Shown: positions 38,391 to 48,722, counted from the first letter of the stretch. The stretch: 64,000 nucleotides of DNA from an uncultured virus (IMG/VR IMGVR_UViG_3300033075_001711) (IMGVR_UViG_3300033075_001711); one strand, 5' to 3'. Translations and numbers: made by a program. The notes: a model not told the origin generated them from the letters alone.

Positions 38391-40412
38391 ATGGCAATAA
38401 ATTTAGCAGATCTAGCATCTCAATATGTATCTAAAAGTGATATTCAAGAAGGGATAGCAGACATTATAACTTTTTGTGAGGCAGATTGGGGTTTGAAACT
38501 TAATGGAAGTTCTCCCACCTCACCAAGACTACATCCAATTCAAAAATTAATTTTGAAATGTTTTTACAATATTCCTCTAGATAAAAAAAATAAAACCATC
38601 AAAATTCCTGATATGTTTATTGAAAGGGTATTGTATGAATTTACTGAAGTAGAAGCATTAAAATATTTTTATGATAATAAAATGTGTAATGTTTCTTCAA
38701 TACACAGCTATGATGATAGAAGTGAGTTAGTTCTTGTAATAGGCAGACGTGGTAGTAAAACTACAATGTCCTCTATTATTTCTGCATATGAAGCATATAG
38801 ATTAGATAAATTAGGATGCCCTCAAGCATATTATAAACACCCAGAGAATGAAACAATATATATTTGTAATATTGCTACATCTGCGGATAGAGCTTCAGAA
38901 TTATTTAGGAATATTACAGGATTTATAGAAAGATCAGATTTCTTTGTTCCTTTTAAAAATAAACCTACTTCTACTTCTATGAGAATTAGAACTCCACATG
39001 ATTTAGAAATTTATGGGAAAAAAGGTAAATCTTCAATACAAATAAATGCTCTCCCTTGTACTAGTAACTCGGGTAGAGGTGACTCAAATATTATGGTTAT
39101 TTTGGATGAATTAGCATATTATTTTGAGGCCGATACTTCAGCTAAAAGATCAGATGAAGCTATTTATGAGGCCATTACCCCATCTATTGCAAGTTTTCGT
39201 GGTCCTACAGGACGGCAAGAAGGTAAAATTATTGCAATTAGTAGTCCTGCGGGAAGGTCCGGTAAATTATATGAGCTTTATAATCAATCTTTTGGTGAAG
39301 CCAAAGATTCGATGCTTATGTTTAATTTGCCTACGTGGATTTGTAATCCAGCTAATATTGGGGGTAAATATTTTAAAGCTAAATATAGAAGAAATAAAAA
39401 TGCGTTTTTATCAGAGTTTGGAGCCCAATTTAGTGATAGAGTAAATACTTGGATAGATGAGCCAAGATTTTTATATAATTGTGTGGATTCCAATTTAACT
39501 AAAAAATTCTATATTATGGATAAAGTTCCACATTATATGGCAATAGATTTTGGTTTAAAAGGAGACGGTACTGCTGTTGCTATTGGACATATTGAAAAAA
39601 ATGTTAGTAATGATTGGTGGAAATCAAATGCAGAATTTTTTAATGTTGGAGAAGCAAAACCTTCAGAAGAAGATGATATTTTAGACGAGGCAACCAAAGC
39701 TCTTTTAGAAGAAGACGAACAAAATGAACTTAAAATTGAATTAAAAGGGCATAATCAAATCCCTGATTCTGAAAAAATTTCTTCGTTTTTTAAAAGCACA
39801 CGATCTAATTCTTTAGATTTAATTTGTATAGATTATTGTGACTGGATTAAAGCAGGAGAAGGTGATTTTGAAAATAAAGATGCTTTAGATTTAGAAGAAG
39901 TTATTGATTGGATTCAAGAGCTATCTAAACGATTTGCTATACAAAAAGGTATTTTTGATCAGTGGTCAGGAATAATTTTAGCACAAGCATTAGCAAAAAG
40001 AAATTTAAAACAATTTCAACAAATAAATTTCTCTAAACAACTAAATTCAGAAGTCTATAAACATTTTTATGATGTAATGATGGATAAAAAAATTAGACTT
40101 TTTTATGATAAAGAAATAATTGATGAAATTCTAATGTTGAAATGCACTCAATCTACAAAAAATATTATAACTGTTAGCGCACCTACTACAAGGTCAGCTC
40201 ATGATGATAGATTTGATGCTATAGCAAGATTAGCGTGGTTTGCAAATAAAGAATATAGTAATGATTTTCAAAAAAATAAATCCGGCAGTGGTTCAAAATT
40301 AATTTTCAGTTCTAATAGATCAACACCTTCTTTACTATCTAGAATTGAAAAAAGAAAATTAGCAGTAGAACTTAAACGTGGCGTTCCTAAAGGAAAAAAA
40401 AAATTTATATGA
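38391..40412 (+). CDS. terL: terminase large subunit
   Basis: LHPIQ, Walker A IGRRGSKT, Walker B VILDE, ISSP, EFGAQF, RNase H AIDFG, FDQW, HDDRFDA. Confidence 0.88.
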   Translation: MAINLADLASQYVSKSDIQEGIADIITFCEADWGLKLNGSSPTSPRLHPIQKLILKCFYNIPLDKKNKTIKIPDMFIERVLYEFTEVEALKYFYDNKMCNVSSIHSYDDRSELVLVIGRRGSKTTMSSIISAYEAYRLDKLGCPQAYYKHPENETIYICNIATSADRASELFRNITGFIERSDFFVPFKNKPTSTSMRIRTPHDLEIYGKKGKSSIQINALPCTSNSGRGDSNIMVILDELAYYFEADTSAKRSDEAIYEAITPSIASFRGPTGRQEGKIIAISSPAGRSGKLYELYNQSFGEAKDSMLMFNLPTWICNPANIGGKYFKAKYRRNKNAFLSEFGAQFSDRVNTWIDEPRFLYNCVDSNLTKKFYIMDKVPHYMAIDFGLKGDGTAVAIGHIEKNVSNDWWKSNAEFFNVGEAKPSEEDDILDEATKALLEEDEQNELKIELKGHNQIPDSEKISSFFKSTRSNSLDLICIDYCDWIKAGEGDFENKDALDLEEVIDWIQELSKRFAIQKGIFDQWSGIILAQALAKRNLKQFQQINFSKQLNSEVYKHFYDVMMDKKIRLFYDKEIIDEILMLKCTQSTKNIITVSAPTTRSAHDDRFDAIARLAWFANKEYSNDFQKNKSGSGSKLIFSSNRSTPSLLSRIEKRKLAVELKRGVPKGKKKFI

Positions 40413-40777
40413 GTAAACAAATAAATATTCAAAATAAACCCTCGGAAGATGATAAAAGAAAACTAGTTAGACTTTTAAAATTAATTCCTGCGGTAAAAGA
40501 AGATATTTTAAATGGTAGTCTTTTATTAGTTCAAGCACATGAACATTTAAAACATTTATCAGTTAAATATGAAGATAAAATTCTTAATGAAAAAATATTA
40601 AAGAATTTAAAAAATTTATTTGTTTCTTTAAACTCTCTAAATGAATTATATACTATAAAATATGATGAAGAGGTTTTTGTTCTTCAAAATATTTTAAAAG
40701 AGGAAGCTATTAAATTAGACCCTGCTTTAAAAACTAGAAAAAATAGATATAAAGTAAATAATAAATATAAAAAATAA
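40409..40777 (+). CDS. hypothetical protein
   Basis: 122-aa ORF between terL and portal. Confidence 0.55.
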   Translation: MSKQINIQNKPSEDDKRKLVRLLKLIPAVKEDILNGSLLLVQAHEHLKHLSVKYEDKILNEKILKNLKNLFVSLNSLNELYTIKYDEEVFVLQNILKEEAIKLDPALKTRKNRYKVNNKYKK

Positions 40778-40780
40778 TTT

Positions 40781-42865
40781 ATGAACAAACCAAAACGTAC
40801 ACATAAAAAAGGTGCTGGATATAAAAATAGTGGAAAAATTTTACCTGTAGTAAGACAGGAAACAGAACCACAAAATGTTAAACCCAGACCTCTCACAGAA
40901 CGAGAAAAACAAGCCCGAAAATTAGGTTTTGTTATTAAAGGAAGTTCAAAAAAACCTCACTATGCTCAATACACTAGTTTAAGGGATGCTGTAGCAGATT
41001 GGCAACAGTCTAAATACTCTTCTCAATCTTTTGAAAATAGAACAGCTTCTGCAGATATTACAGATTCCACTCCGAACTCTTTTTATTCTCCACAACTTTC
41101 AACAGATTATTTACAATTACCAAAATCTATTGAAGAACGCAGAGCTTGGTATAGGTTTTGGTTTGAACGTTCAGAAATTGTAGCAAGATCTGTTGAGCTA
41201 CATTCTACTTTACCTTTATCTAAAATAAAACTTTCTAGTCCCAGGGGCTCAGATCCAGATACTAATGATTATATTCTTAATTTTTTTAGTAGAATGGTAG
41301 ATAGACTTAATCTATTTCAAAGACTTCTGGAAATTTCTCATGAATATTGGCTTATTGGAGATGTTTTCATATTTTTTCAAGAAGGAGAAGGCATTGAAGA
41401 ATATTTTAACATAGAAGATGATCAAGATGAAGATGATTTATCTCAACAGCCAGATAAGTTTTTTTATGATCGAACTACAAGTTTAAAAACAGCAGCACCA
41501 GAAGATTCTCCGGACACTGCAGATACAGCTTCTCCTGGAGATATTCCGTTATCTGATACAGAAACGCCTGACGTATCAGCTCCAATTGAGCCTATTAAAC
41601 CACAAATAAAAGGTCCACAACCTATACCTTATAATTATTATGAACAACCTATAAAACAAAAGCCAAAAACTATTGAAGAAAGGTTGAAAAATTTAAAAGT
41701 AAAAGTTAGAAATAAAAAATATAAAGGCTGGGATAAAATATTAATTCTTCCTCCTGATGATGTTAGAATTACCACTTTTCCATTTACGGATAAAATTTCT
41801 GTTGAATTGAATTTAAATCCAGAAGCCCGAAAAGCGTTTGATTTTAGAGGGGAACCTTTTTATTCTGGGAATAGAAATTTTGCTCAATATTCAGAAGATA
41901 TTTTAAGTTCAATTCCTGAAGAAATTTTACAGCATGTTCAAGATGGGGGTCTTATTCCTTTAGATACAGACCCCTATCAAGGTAGTTTTGTATATCATCT
42001 TCCTAGAAAAAAATCACAGTATGAGCCTTTAGGTACATCTATTCTTGAAAGATGTCAAAATACTTTATTACATATTGATAAATTAAGACAAGCACAATCT
42101 CAAATTGCCTCAAGACATATGACTCCTATTAGAGTTGTTTGGGGTGAGAACCTATCTGATATTCAAACAGAAGAATTGAGAGGAATGGTAGATGCTTCTT
42201 TAGAAGATCCAGATTTTTCAATTGTATCTAACTATCCTATTACATATCAAGAAATAGGTTCTAATGAAAGGCTATTAGATTTAGCTAATGAATTAGAACA
42301 TTGTTATAAATTATTGTTTATAGGTTTGGGTGTCACCGAAGAATTAATGACTGGACAAGGAACCTTTTCTGGAAATAGAGTTAGTTTAGAGATTATGAAT
42401 ACTCTATATGTGAACTATAGGGAAATCATAACTCATTTTATTGAAGAAATTATTTTTAAACCTATTGCAGTTAAAAAAGGTTTTTATGAAGTAGATAATT
42501 GGGGAAATAAAGTTTATTTATATCCTAAAATATCTTTTACAAGATTATCTTTAAGAGATAATACAGAAACATATGAGCAATTGTTCAATTTATACCAAAA
42601 AGGTTCTGTATCTATTGATCTTATTTTAGAATTACTTGGAATAGACCCAGAAGATTCTAAAAAGAAAGTTGAAAGAGATATTTTTACAGTTAATGACCCA
42701 TTATTTAATGAACTAATTAGAAATATTTATCAGAATATGTCTCAAACCCTTGCAGATAAAACTGATATTACTGATAGATTAGCTAAATATCTAAATCTTA
42801 ATTATGCCCCACCACAACAGGAAGAAAATGCTATTGCTGGCGGGCCTCTTCCAGGAACAGAATAA
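40781..42865 (+). CDS. portal protein
   Basis: Position after TerL; IVARSVELH, EYWLIGDVF, YHLPRK..YEPLGTSILERC, IGLGV...G helical pattern. Confidence 0.75.
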   Translation: MNKPKRTHKKGAGYKNSGKILPVVRQETEPQNVKPRPLTEREKQARKLGFVIKGSSKKPHYAQYTSLRDAVADWQQSKYSSQSFENRTASADITDSTPNSFYSPQLSTDYLQLPKSIEERRAWYRFWFERSEIVARSVELHSTLPLSKIKLSSPRGSDPDTNDYILNFFSRMVDRLNLFQRLLEISHEYWLIGDVFIFFQEGEGIEEYFNIEDDQDEDDLSQQPDKFFYDRTTSLKTAAPEDSPDTADTASPGDIPLSDTETPDVSAPIEPIKPQIKGPQPIPYNYYEQPIKQKPKTIEERLKNLKVKVRNKKYKGWDKILILPPDDVRITTFPFTDKISVELNLNPEARKAFDFRGEPFYSGNRNFAQYSEDILSSIPEEILQHVQDGGLIPLDTDPYQGSFVYHLPRKKSQYEPLGTSILERCQNTLLHIDKLRQAQSQIASRHMTPIRVVWGENLSDIQTEELRGMVDASLEDPDFSIVSNYPITYQEIGSNERLLDLANELEHCYKLLFIGLGVTEELMTGQGTFSGNRVSLEIMNTLYVNYREIITHFIEEIIFKPIAVKKGFYEVDNWGNKVYLYPKISFTRLSLRDNTETYEQLFNLYQKGSVSIDLILELLGIDPEDSKKKVERDIFTVNDPLFNELIRNIYQNMSQTLADKTDITDRLAKYLNLNYAPPQQEENAIAGGPLPGTE

Positions 42866-42868
42866 AAT

Positions 42869-43129
42869 ATGAAAATTTCTTATCGTGATAAAGATAAAGA
42901 AGATTCTTTAATAGATCCGGATTTAAATAAACCGTCTGATTTTCAACATAAAACACCTGGAGTTAAACCTCCTAGGTATGACCAAAGAAAAACTCAATTG
43001 GTTAAAGATAAAGATTTAGAAAATGAGACAAGAGATCCAGATTTAAATCCAAGCCTTTATCAAAAAAAGAAAAAGGCTATTGAAAACATAATAATTAAAT
43101 ACTATTTAAATAAATTGAAATGCAACTAA
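42869..43129 (+). CDS. hypothetical protein
   Basis: 86 aa with two DPDLN repeats. Confidence 0.55.
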   Translation: MKISYRDKDKEDSLIDPDLNKPSDFQHKTPGVKPPRYDQRKTQLVKDKDLENETRDPDLNPSLYQKKKKAIENIIIKYYLNKLKCN

Positions 43130-43144
43130 TATTGTTGAGGACAT

Positions 43145-43555
43145 ATGAATAAAAAAGCATTTATAGTTAACAGGTTAGATGGTTATGCTACTGTTTTAGA
43201 GAAAAAAGGTGATTTAAAACTAGCAGCTAAACTTGATCAACTCAGTGATTTCCTTGAAAAAAATCCCAAAGTGGCCGCTCTTTTAGATTATCAAATTAAA
43301 TTAGCTGTTAATAATCAAATGGGCAAAGTTAAACCTGAAATCAATTCAGATGAAAAATATATGAAAGGTTTCGGAGAGGTTGAAGCCATTCAATATGATG
43401 CTGATGAAAAAGCATATATGGCAGGAGATGATTTACATGGATTTCCACATTCAAATCGATCTGTAATTGATCGTAAAGAGCCAGATGTAAAGAAATCTAA
43501 TCTTGATATTATGAAACAAGTTGTAGCCACAGCCACTGCTAAAAATAAAAAATAA
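43145..43555 (+). CDS. hypothetical head-module protein
   Basis: GAGGA RBS; several K-x-A motifs. Confidence 0.6.
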   Translation: MNKKAFIVNRLDGYATVLEKKGDLKLAAKLDQLSDFLEKNPKVAALLDYQIKLAVNNQMGKVKPEINSDEKYMKGFGEVEAIQYDADEKAYMAGDDLHGFPHSNRSVIDRKEPDVKKSNLDIMKQVVATATAKNKK

Positions 43556-43556
43556 C

Positions 43557-43865
43557 ATGTCTACTGATTTAGAAAAAAGAAGAGAATTTAGAAGATCAAA
43601 ATTAAGATCTGTCTATAAACCTGCTTTAGATCTTAAAGTGGGTGATGTTGTACGTAAATTTTATGGGCAACAAGTTCTTTCTCCATATATGGGTCAAATC
43701 ACTAACGTAGTTCCCCCTTTAGGAGTTGCAGATGTGGAATGGCCTTTTGGCAACAGAAGAGAAGACGCTTATTTTCTTGCTAAAATAAATATGGCGCAAA
43801 CAACAGAATTGCCAATTGTTTTTGGAGACTCTTCTTATTCTTCTTATGATAACCCAAAACTATAA
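43557..43865 (+). CDS. small SH3-like beta protein
   Basis: LKVGDVVRK...GQITNV...ADVEWP. Confidence 0.5.
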   Translation: MSTDLEKRREFRRSKLRSVYKPALDLKVGDVVRKFYGQQVLSPYMGQITNVVPPLGVADVEWPFGNRREDAYFLAKINMAQTTELPIVFGDSSYSSYDNPKL

Positions 43866-43868
43866 ATC

Positions 43869-44285
43869 ATGTTAGATTTTATTCCTCAAATATCAAATGA
43901 ATTTTTTAAATTAGAAAAAGAATATACTAATTTTTTGGAGAATTTAGAATCAACACAAAAATCTAAATTCTCCAAACTTTATAAATCTTCAAAATTACTT
44001 TTTGAGCATCTTAGTTCTAAATTAAAAAAATTAAAATATTCTGATGAAAATTATTCTACAATAAAAGATTTAACTCAATGTGCTGCTGAATTTATGGGAT
44101 ATCTAAAAGAAAAAGTTGATGGAACTTTGGAAAAATTAGTAGATGATCTTCATAAAGATAATTTATTTATGTCCGATGGAGGATATACTCAAAAATTCAA
44201 ATGGATTTTAAATCAATCTCCCTATTCTAGTAAAAAATCATTTACATTAAGCCCAAGACAAAAACTAATTTTTAAAAATAAATAA
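43869..44285 (+). CDS. hypothetical protein
   Basis: 138-aa ORF in operon. Confidence 0.55.
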   Translation: MLDFIPQISNEFFKLEKEYTNFLENLESTQKSKFSKLYKSSKLLFEHLSSKLKKLKYSDENYSTIKDLTQCAAEFMGYLKEKVDGTLEKLVDDLHKDNLFMSDGGYTQKFKWILNQSPYSSKKSFTLSPRQKLIFKNK

Positions 44286-44288
44286 AAT

Positions 44289-46220
44289 ATGGCTTTTTTT
44301 AAAGAATCTAATGCCCCTCTTATAGAACATTCTGTTTCTCCAGATAAATGGGTTAGCAAAACTTCATCTAAACTTGGAAATATTGTCCTAGCATCTGATC
44401 ATTCTTTATTAGGACAATACCCACCAGATAGATTTTTACTCTCTCATGTAACTATTATCTGTTCGGTTCAAGTAGAAAAAGATATTCCATATTTAATTGT
44501 TCCCGAATGTAATGCTTTTGTTAATAATAACGGAGATTCTTGGGAAAATGATCTTTTACTAAATACTTATAAAACATTTATAGGTGGGCATAATTATTTA
44601 GAACATGTCCAAATAGAAGAACTTTCAAAAGGAAAAATTGCTGACGCAGCTATTCGACATATATATGTCGATGAAAAATTAGGAATTTATCATTATTATG
44701 TAGACATTTTAGTAGCTACAGATAAAGAAAAAGATCCTAATGTAATTAAAAGAGTTCTAGATGGAGATTTAAAATTTATGTCTATGGGTGCTTCTGTTGC
44801 ATATACTTTCTGCACAAGATGTGGAAATAAAGCAGAAGATATGACCCAACTTTGTACACATATTAGATATACTAAATGTAATACTTTTATTGATGAACAA
44901 GGTAAGAAAAGAATTACTGCTGAACTTTGTTTCCCTGGATATCATAAAGTGTTAATGTCTGATAATTCTTATAAATATATATCAGATGTTATGGTTGGGG
45001 ATTATGTAATTTCACATTTAGGTCAACCTAAAAAAGTAATTAAAACATACAAAAGGAATGTTTACTCTGATTTAATTAAGTTAATAACTAATAAAATTGC
45101 AATTACTTCTACCACAGAACACCCACATTTTGTATATAATGGCTTTAGTCAAATATATGATTTTAAATCTGCTACATCTTTAGATTATAAAAATGATTTT
45201 TTGTGTGAGTATATTTCGGATAATAATTATATTAAACATAAAATTGATTCTATAGCATATATTCCTGGAAAAGGTATTGAAACATATAATTTAGAAGTAG
45301 AAGATCATAATTCTTATATTGTGGATGGTATTGCTACTCACAATTGTGGATCGAAGGACGATTTGACTTCGAATCGTTTTTTTGAAGCCAGTTGGGTTTC
45401 ACGCCCAGCCTTCGAAGGAGCGGCACTTCGTAATTTTGTGAATATTGCTAATTTAGATTTAAAACAAAGTTTTCAAATTGCACCATTTACAAAACTTCAA
45501 AGTAACAATTACAACTCTCCACTTCTTTCTCAATTTTTAAAAGCAGCTAGTGATGTATCTAATAAACTTAATGAATTTAAAAAAGTTAGTTTAAATCCTA
45601 CTGAATTAAATTTTTATGAGAAAAAATTAGAGTCATTACTAGAAAAAATAAATTTTGAAGGCGAAAAACCTGAGAATTTATTAGATATTAGTAAAAATGT
45701 TAAAGATGAAATTAACAAAGAAGAAGAAATAAAAGAATTAATTAAAAAAAGAGATGAAGATATCTCTAATATTCAACATGACGAAGATGTTCCAAATGAT
45801 TTAGAAAATGATGAACTTCGTTTCTATGATTCTTTGGTAGTAGGATATTCAGAAAAAAATAGTTCTTTACCTTTAGTAGATTTTATTTTAAATAATAAAA
45901 CCAGCTCCATAACTAAATTGGCATCCTATAGAAAAATACATACCGCAATTTGTATACTAGCTAAAGGATATTCAATTAAAGAATTAAAAAATTTTGGTTT
46001 TTCTAACAATGAAATTATTTCTGTTAATAGTTTTATATTAGAAAATCTAAATAGAGATTTTAAAGCCTCTACTGAATTAGTAGTTGCTTTAACAAAAGTT
46101 GGAAATTTAAATTTATATATGAACAAACAAGATTTTTTTTCCCATTTAGAGGATTCTTTAAATAGAAAACTCGGTTCAAGTGAAAAGAAACACGCTATTT
46201 TATTAGCTAAAAATTTGTAG
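44289..46220 (+). CDS. prohead (head maturation) protease containing a mini-intein
   Basis: NNNGD, NYLEH (catalytic His), SKGKI.D, MSMG (catalytic Ser), FFEASWVSRPAFEGA; between portal and scaffold. Confidence 0.8.
   Translation: MAFFKESNAPLIEHSVSPDKWVSKTSSKLGNIVLASDHSLLGQYPPDRFLLSHVTIICSVQVEKDIPYLIVPECNAFVNNNGDSWENDLLLNTYKTFIGGHNYLEHVQIEELSKGKIADAAIRHIYVDEKLGIYHYYVDILVATDKEKDPNVIKRVLDGDLKFMSMGASVAYTFCTRCGNKAEDMTQLCTHIRYTKCNTFIDEQGKKRITAELCFPGYHKVLMSDNSYKYISDVMVGDYVISHLGQPKKVIKTYKRNVYSDLIKLITNKIAITSTTEHPHFVYNGFSQIYDFKSATSLDYKNDFLCEYISDNNYIKHKIDSIAYIPGKGIETYNLEVEDHNSYIVDGIATHNCGSKDDLTSNRFFEASWVSRPAFEGAALRNFVNIANLDLKQSFQIAPFTKLQSNNYNSPLLSQFLKAASDVSNKLNEFKKVSLNPTELNFYEKKLESLLEKINFEGEKPENLLDISKNVKDEINKEEEIKELIKKRDEDISNIQHDEDVPNDLENDELRFYDSLVVGYSEKNSSLPLVDFILNNKTSSITKLASYRKIHTAICILAKGYSIKELKNFGFSNNEIISVNSFILENLNRDFKASTELVVALTKVGNLNLYMNKQDFFSHLEDSLNRKLGSSEKKHAILLAKNL
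44928..45344 (+). mobile_element. mini-intein (139 aa)
   Basis: Begins CFPGYHKVLMSD, block B TTEHP, ends YNLEVEDHNSYIVDGIATHN followed by Cys+1; too short for an endonuclease. Confidence 0.92.
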
Positions 46221-46269
46221 TTTGTTAATATAAAAGATTTATATAAGTTTTTTAGGAGTTATTAATTAT

Positions 46270-48024
46270 ATGAACAGAATGCGTTTAACAAATAAACTGC
46301 ATCCAGCTAGCCAGAAAATGGCTGCTTTGAAAAAACAAGCTGACCCTTATGAATTAAATGAGGGGCAGGGACACCCTGATCCTTATGATAAAGGTCTTGA
46401 AGTTTATCAGAAAGATAAACCCCACAGTGAAGGTACTTCTGGTTGGGGCGAAGATGTTTTCGAAGAGAACCTTTGGAAAGATGATGATAAACGAAACGAT
46501 ATTGGTCTTCCTATGCCAGGTAAATATGCTAAAGCAAAAGCAGAAGCGGTAAAAAATGTTGCTGCTAAAATCAACAAACAAGCTGCTTTAGAAAAACATG
46601 CTTTAAATTGTTATAAATTAGCATCTTTAATGTATCCTGAAGCTTATGATGCTTTTCTCCAAGAGTCTGCTGCTGAATTAATGGACCTATCTCCATCTAA
46701 TGTTGAAGCTCAATTAGAAAGACATTTTGCTTATGACCATTTTGCCACTGAAATGCTAAATGCAGAATCAGAAGATAAAATGGAAAATAAGAAAGAAGAG
46801 AAAGCCGAAGCTGCTGCTAAAAAAGAGGAAGAAAAAGAAGAGAAAGAAGAAAAAGCTGAAGCTAAAAAAGAAAAAGAAGAAGCAGCTAAAACTGCAAAAT
46901 CTTTTAAAGCTTCAAAAGAAAAAGAAGATTCTAAAGAAGACAAAGCAGAGGATAAAAAAGAAAAAGAAGAGAAAAAAGAAGCTGCTACAGCTACAAAACT
47001 TGATCAACTTCTAAATTCAATTCAGAAAAAAATTCAAGCCTCTACTCAAGAAAACACCGACCTTGATAGAAAAGTCGCTGAACTTGAAAAATCTTTAGCT
47101 GATCTAGAAGAGCTTAATTCTAAAAAAGCAGTAAAACTTGCTCTCGAAGATAGTCTAACTAATCTTGAGAAAAAAATTGCTCAGTTAGAAAATAAATTCG
47201 TGCGTTTAGCTAATCCAGTTGAAACTGTAGAGCCAAAAAAAGAAGACAAAACTCTCTCTGCTGAAATGGAAGACCTCGATGCTATGCAGAAAGAAATTGA
47301 AAGTCTTGAAAAAGAAATGGCTGCTATGACTGAAGAAACTCCAGAAGAAGATAAAGAAGCAGAAAGCATGTATATGCAAAATGCTCCTAAAGCAGAATCT
47401 ATGGAAGATGATTCAGAAGAGAAAATGGAAGCTAAATCCAAAAAAGAAAAAGAAGATGTTGAAGATATGCCTGTAGATGAAGAGCCTTCAGAAGAAGAAG
47501 TTCCAATGGAAGATGATTCTGAAGATAAAGAAACAGAAGCAGGTGATCTAATGCACTCTGGTTATGGTGCCGCTGGAATGAATGCAGTTGATTTCACTGC
47601 CTCTGAAGATAATTTTGGTATCAGTTTCACCGATGATATCACTGAAGCCGATGCTGATGCTTCTTTAGGACCAATGGTTAAAATGTTTGGCGAATCTACT
47701 GTAGCCGCTGCACTTGCTAGTTTAGCTGGACCTCTTCCTGTTCAAGATTTCGAGAGCGTTCAAAAAGTAGCAAAAGTTTCACAAAAACCAACTGTTACTA
47801 ATATGCACAAAGTAGTTTCTCAAGCACCACAAACTAAACCTGTTTCTGTTGCGGGAAATAAAACTGCTAGCTCTAACACTCAGGCTGCACCAAAACGCGG
47901 AATCCAAAAACTTCCTACCAATTTGGTAAAACAAGCCTCTGCTAAACAAGCCCCAATTCCTCTATCAGCTCTCTGGGATCACCCAGGCGATGTAAGTGAA
48001 TATTTTAGCACTAAACGATACTAA
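46270..48024 (+). CDS. putative scaffolding / internal head protein
   Basis: E/K/A-rich, coiled coil and acidic tracts; between protease and capsid genes; AGGAG RBS. Confidence 0.65.
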   Translation: MNRMRLTNKLHPASQKMAALKKQADPYELNEGQGHPDPYDKGLEVYQKDKPHSEGTSGWGEDVFEENLWKDDDKRNDIGLPMPGKYAKAKAEAVKNVAAKINKQAALEKHALNCYKLASLMYPEAYDAFLQESAAELMDLSPSNVEAQLERHFAYDHFATEMLNAESEDKMENKKEEKAEAAAKKEEEKEEKEEKAEAKKEKEEAAKTAKSFKASKEKEDSKEDKAEDKKEKEEKKEAATATKLDQLLNSIQKKIQASTQENTDLDRKVAELEKSLADLEELNSKKAVKLALEDSLTNLEKKIAQLENKFVRLANPVETVEPKKEDKTLSAEMEDLDAMQKEIESLEKEMAAMTEETPEEDKEAESMYMQNAPKAESMEDDSEEKMEAKSKKEKEDVEDMPVDEEPSEEEVPMEDDSEDKETEAGDLMHSGYGAAGMNAVDFTASEDNFGISFTDDITEADADASLGPMVKMFGESTVAAALASLAGPLPVQDFESVQKVAKVSQKPTVTNMHKVVSQAPQTKPVSVAGNKTASSNTQAAPKRGIQKLPTNLVKQASAKQAPIPLSALWDHPGDVSEYFSTKRY

Positions 48025-48047
48025 AATATTCCATTAAATTAAACTCT

Positions 48048-48079
48048 AAAGGGAGATGAAAATTTTCATCTCCCTTTTT
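48048..48079 (+). terminator. 30-bp perfect palindrome / terminator
   Basis: aaagggagatgaaaa|ttttcatctcccttt followed by tt. Confidence 0.7.
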
Positions 48080-48178
48080 ATTTGTTCTTAACTCACTTTA
48101 ATAGTTTGTTGATAACAATTTATATTTGAATGAAACAAATTCGTTTTGTTTTATATATTTTTTATTTAAAGGAATTAT

Positions 48179-48721
48179 ATGGCATTAAAAGTTCTTTATA
48201 GAGGCACAGGAAACTCCCTTTGTGATCTCGATTTTACTTTTACCAATGATGCTGATACCGACCGAGATAATTTACTCTCCGTAAAAGGTGGAGCAATTAT
48301 GGCATTAGTAGGAGATCAGTTACTTGGTATGTGTGATCCTGCCAATACAAACGCTACTTTTCCTGCCGCTGGCGTAGGAATTGGAACTCGCCCATTTGGA
48401 GTTTTAATTAACCCAGCCGCTGGTCAAGCACATGAAAACTATCCAAATATTGCATCAGGTAAAGCTCCTGTTTTCGATAATTGGGGCTGCTACACTGTAA
48501 CTGAAGAAAATCTTGCAGGTCCTGTAGGAAGCGTTTGGTCAGGTGTTGTTGCTGGTGATTATGTTTATTGTGGTTGTGATGATCTCGCAGGAAAATTCAC
48601 TCCAGTTAAACCTTCTACTGACGGTGGTTCAGAAGATATTTCTGTAGGCACAGTTATTAAAGTCCCAACCGCTGCTGATCCAACCCTTATGTTTAAACTT
48701 AATATAATGGAGATTAACTAA
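48179..48721 (+). CDS. putative capsid decoration/cement protein
   Basis: G/A-rich beta protein (RPFGV, ASGKAPV, GDYVYC...GKFT, VGTV..VP) directly upstream of MCP. Confidence 0.6.
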   Translation: MALKVLYRGTGNSLCDLDFTFTNDADTDRDNLLSVKGGAIMALVGDQLLGMCDPANTNATFPAAGVGIGTRPFGVLINPAAGQAHENYPNIASGKAPVFDNWGCYTVTEENLAGPVGSVWSGVVAGDYVYCGCDDLAGKFTPVKPSTDGGSEDISVGTVIKVPTAADPTLMFKLNIMEIN

Positions 48722-48722
48722 T

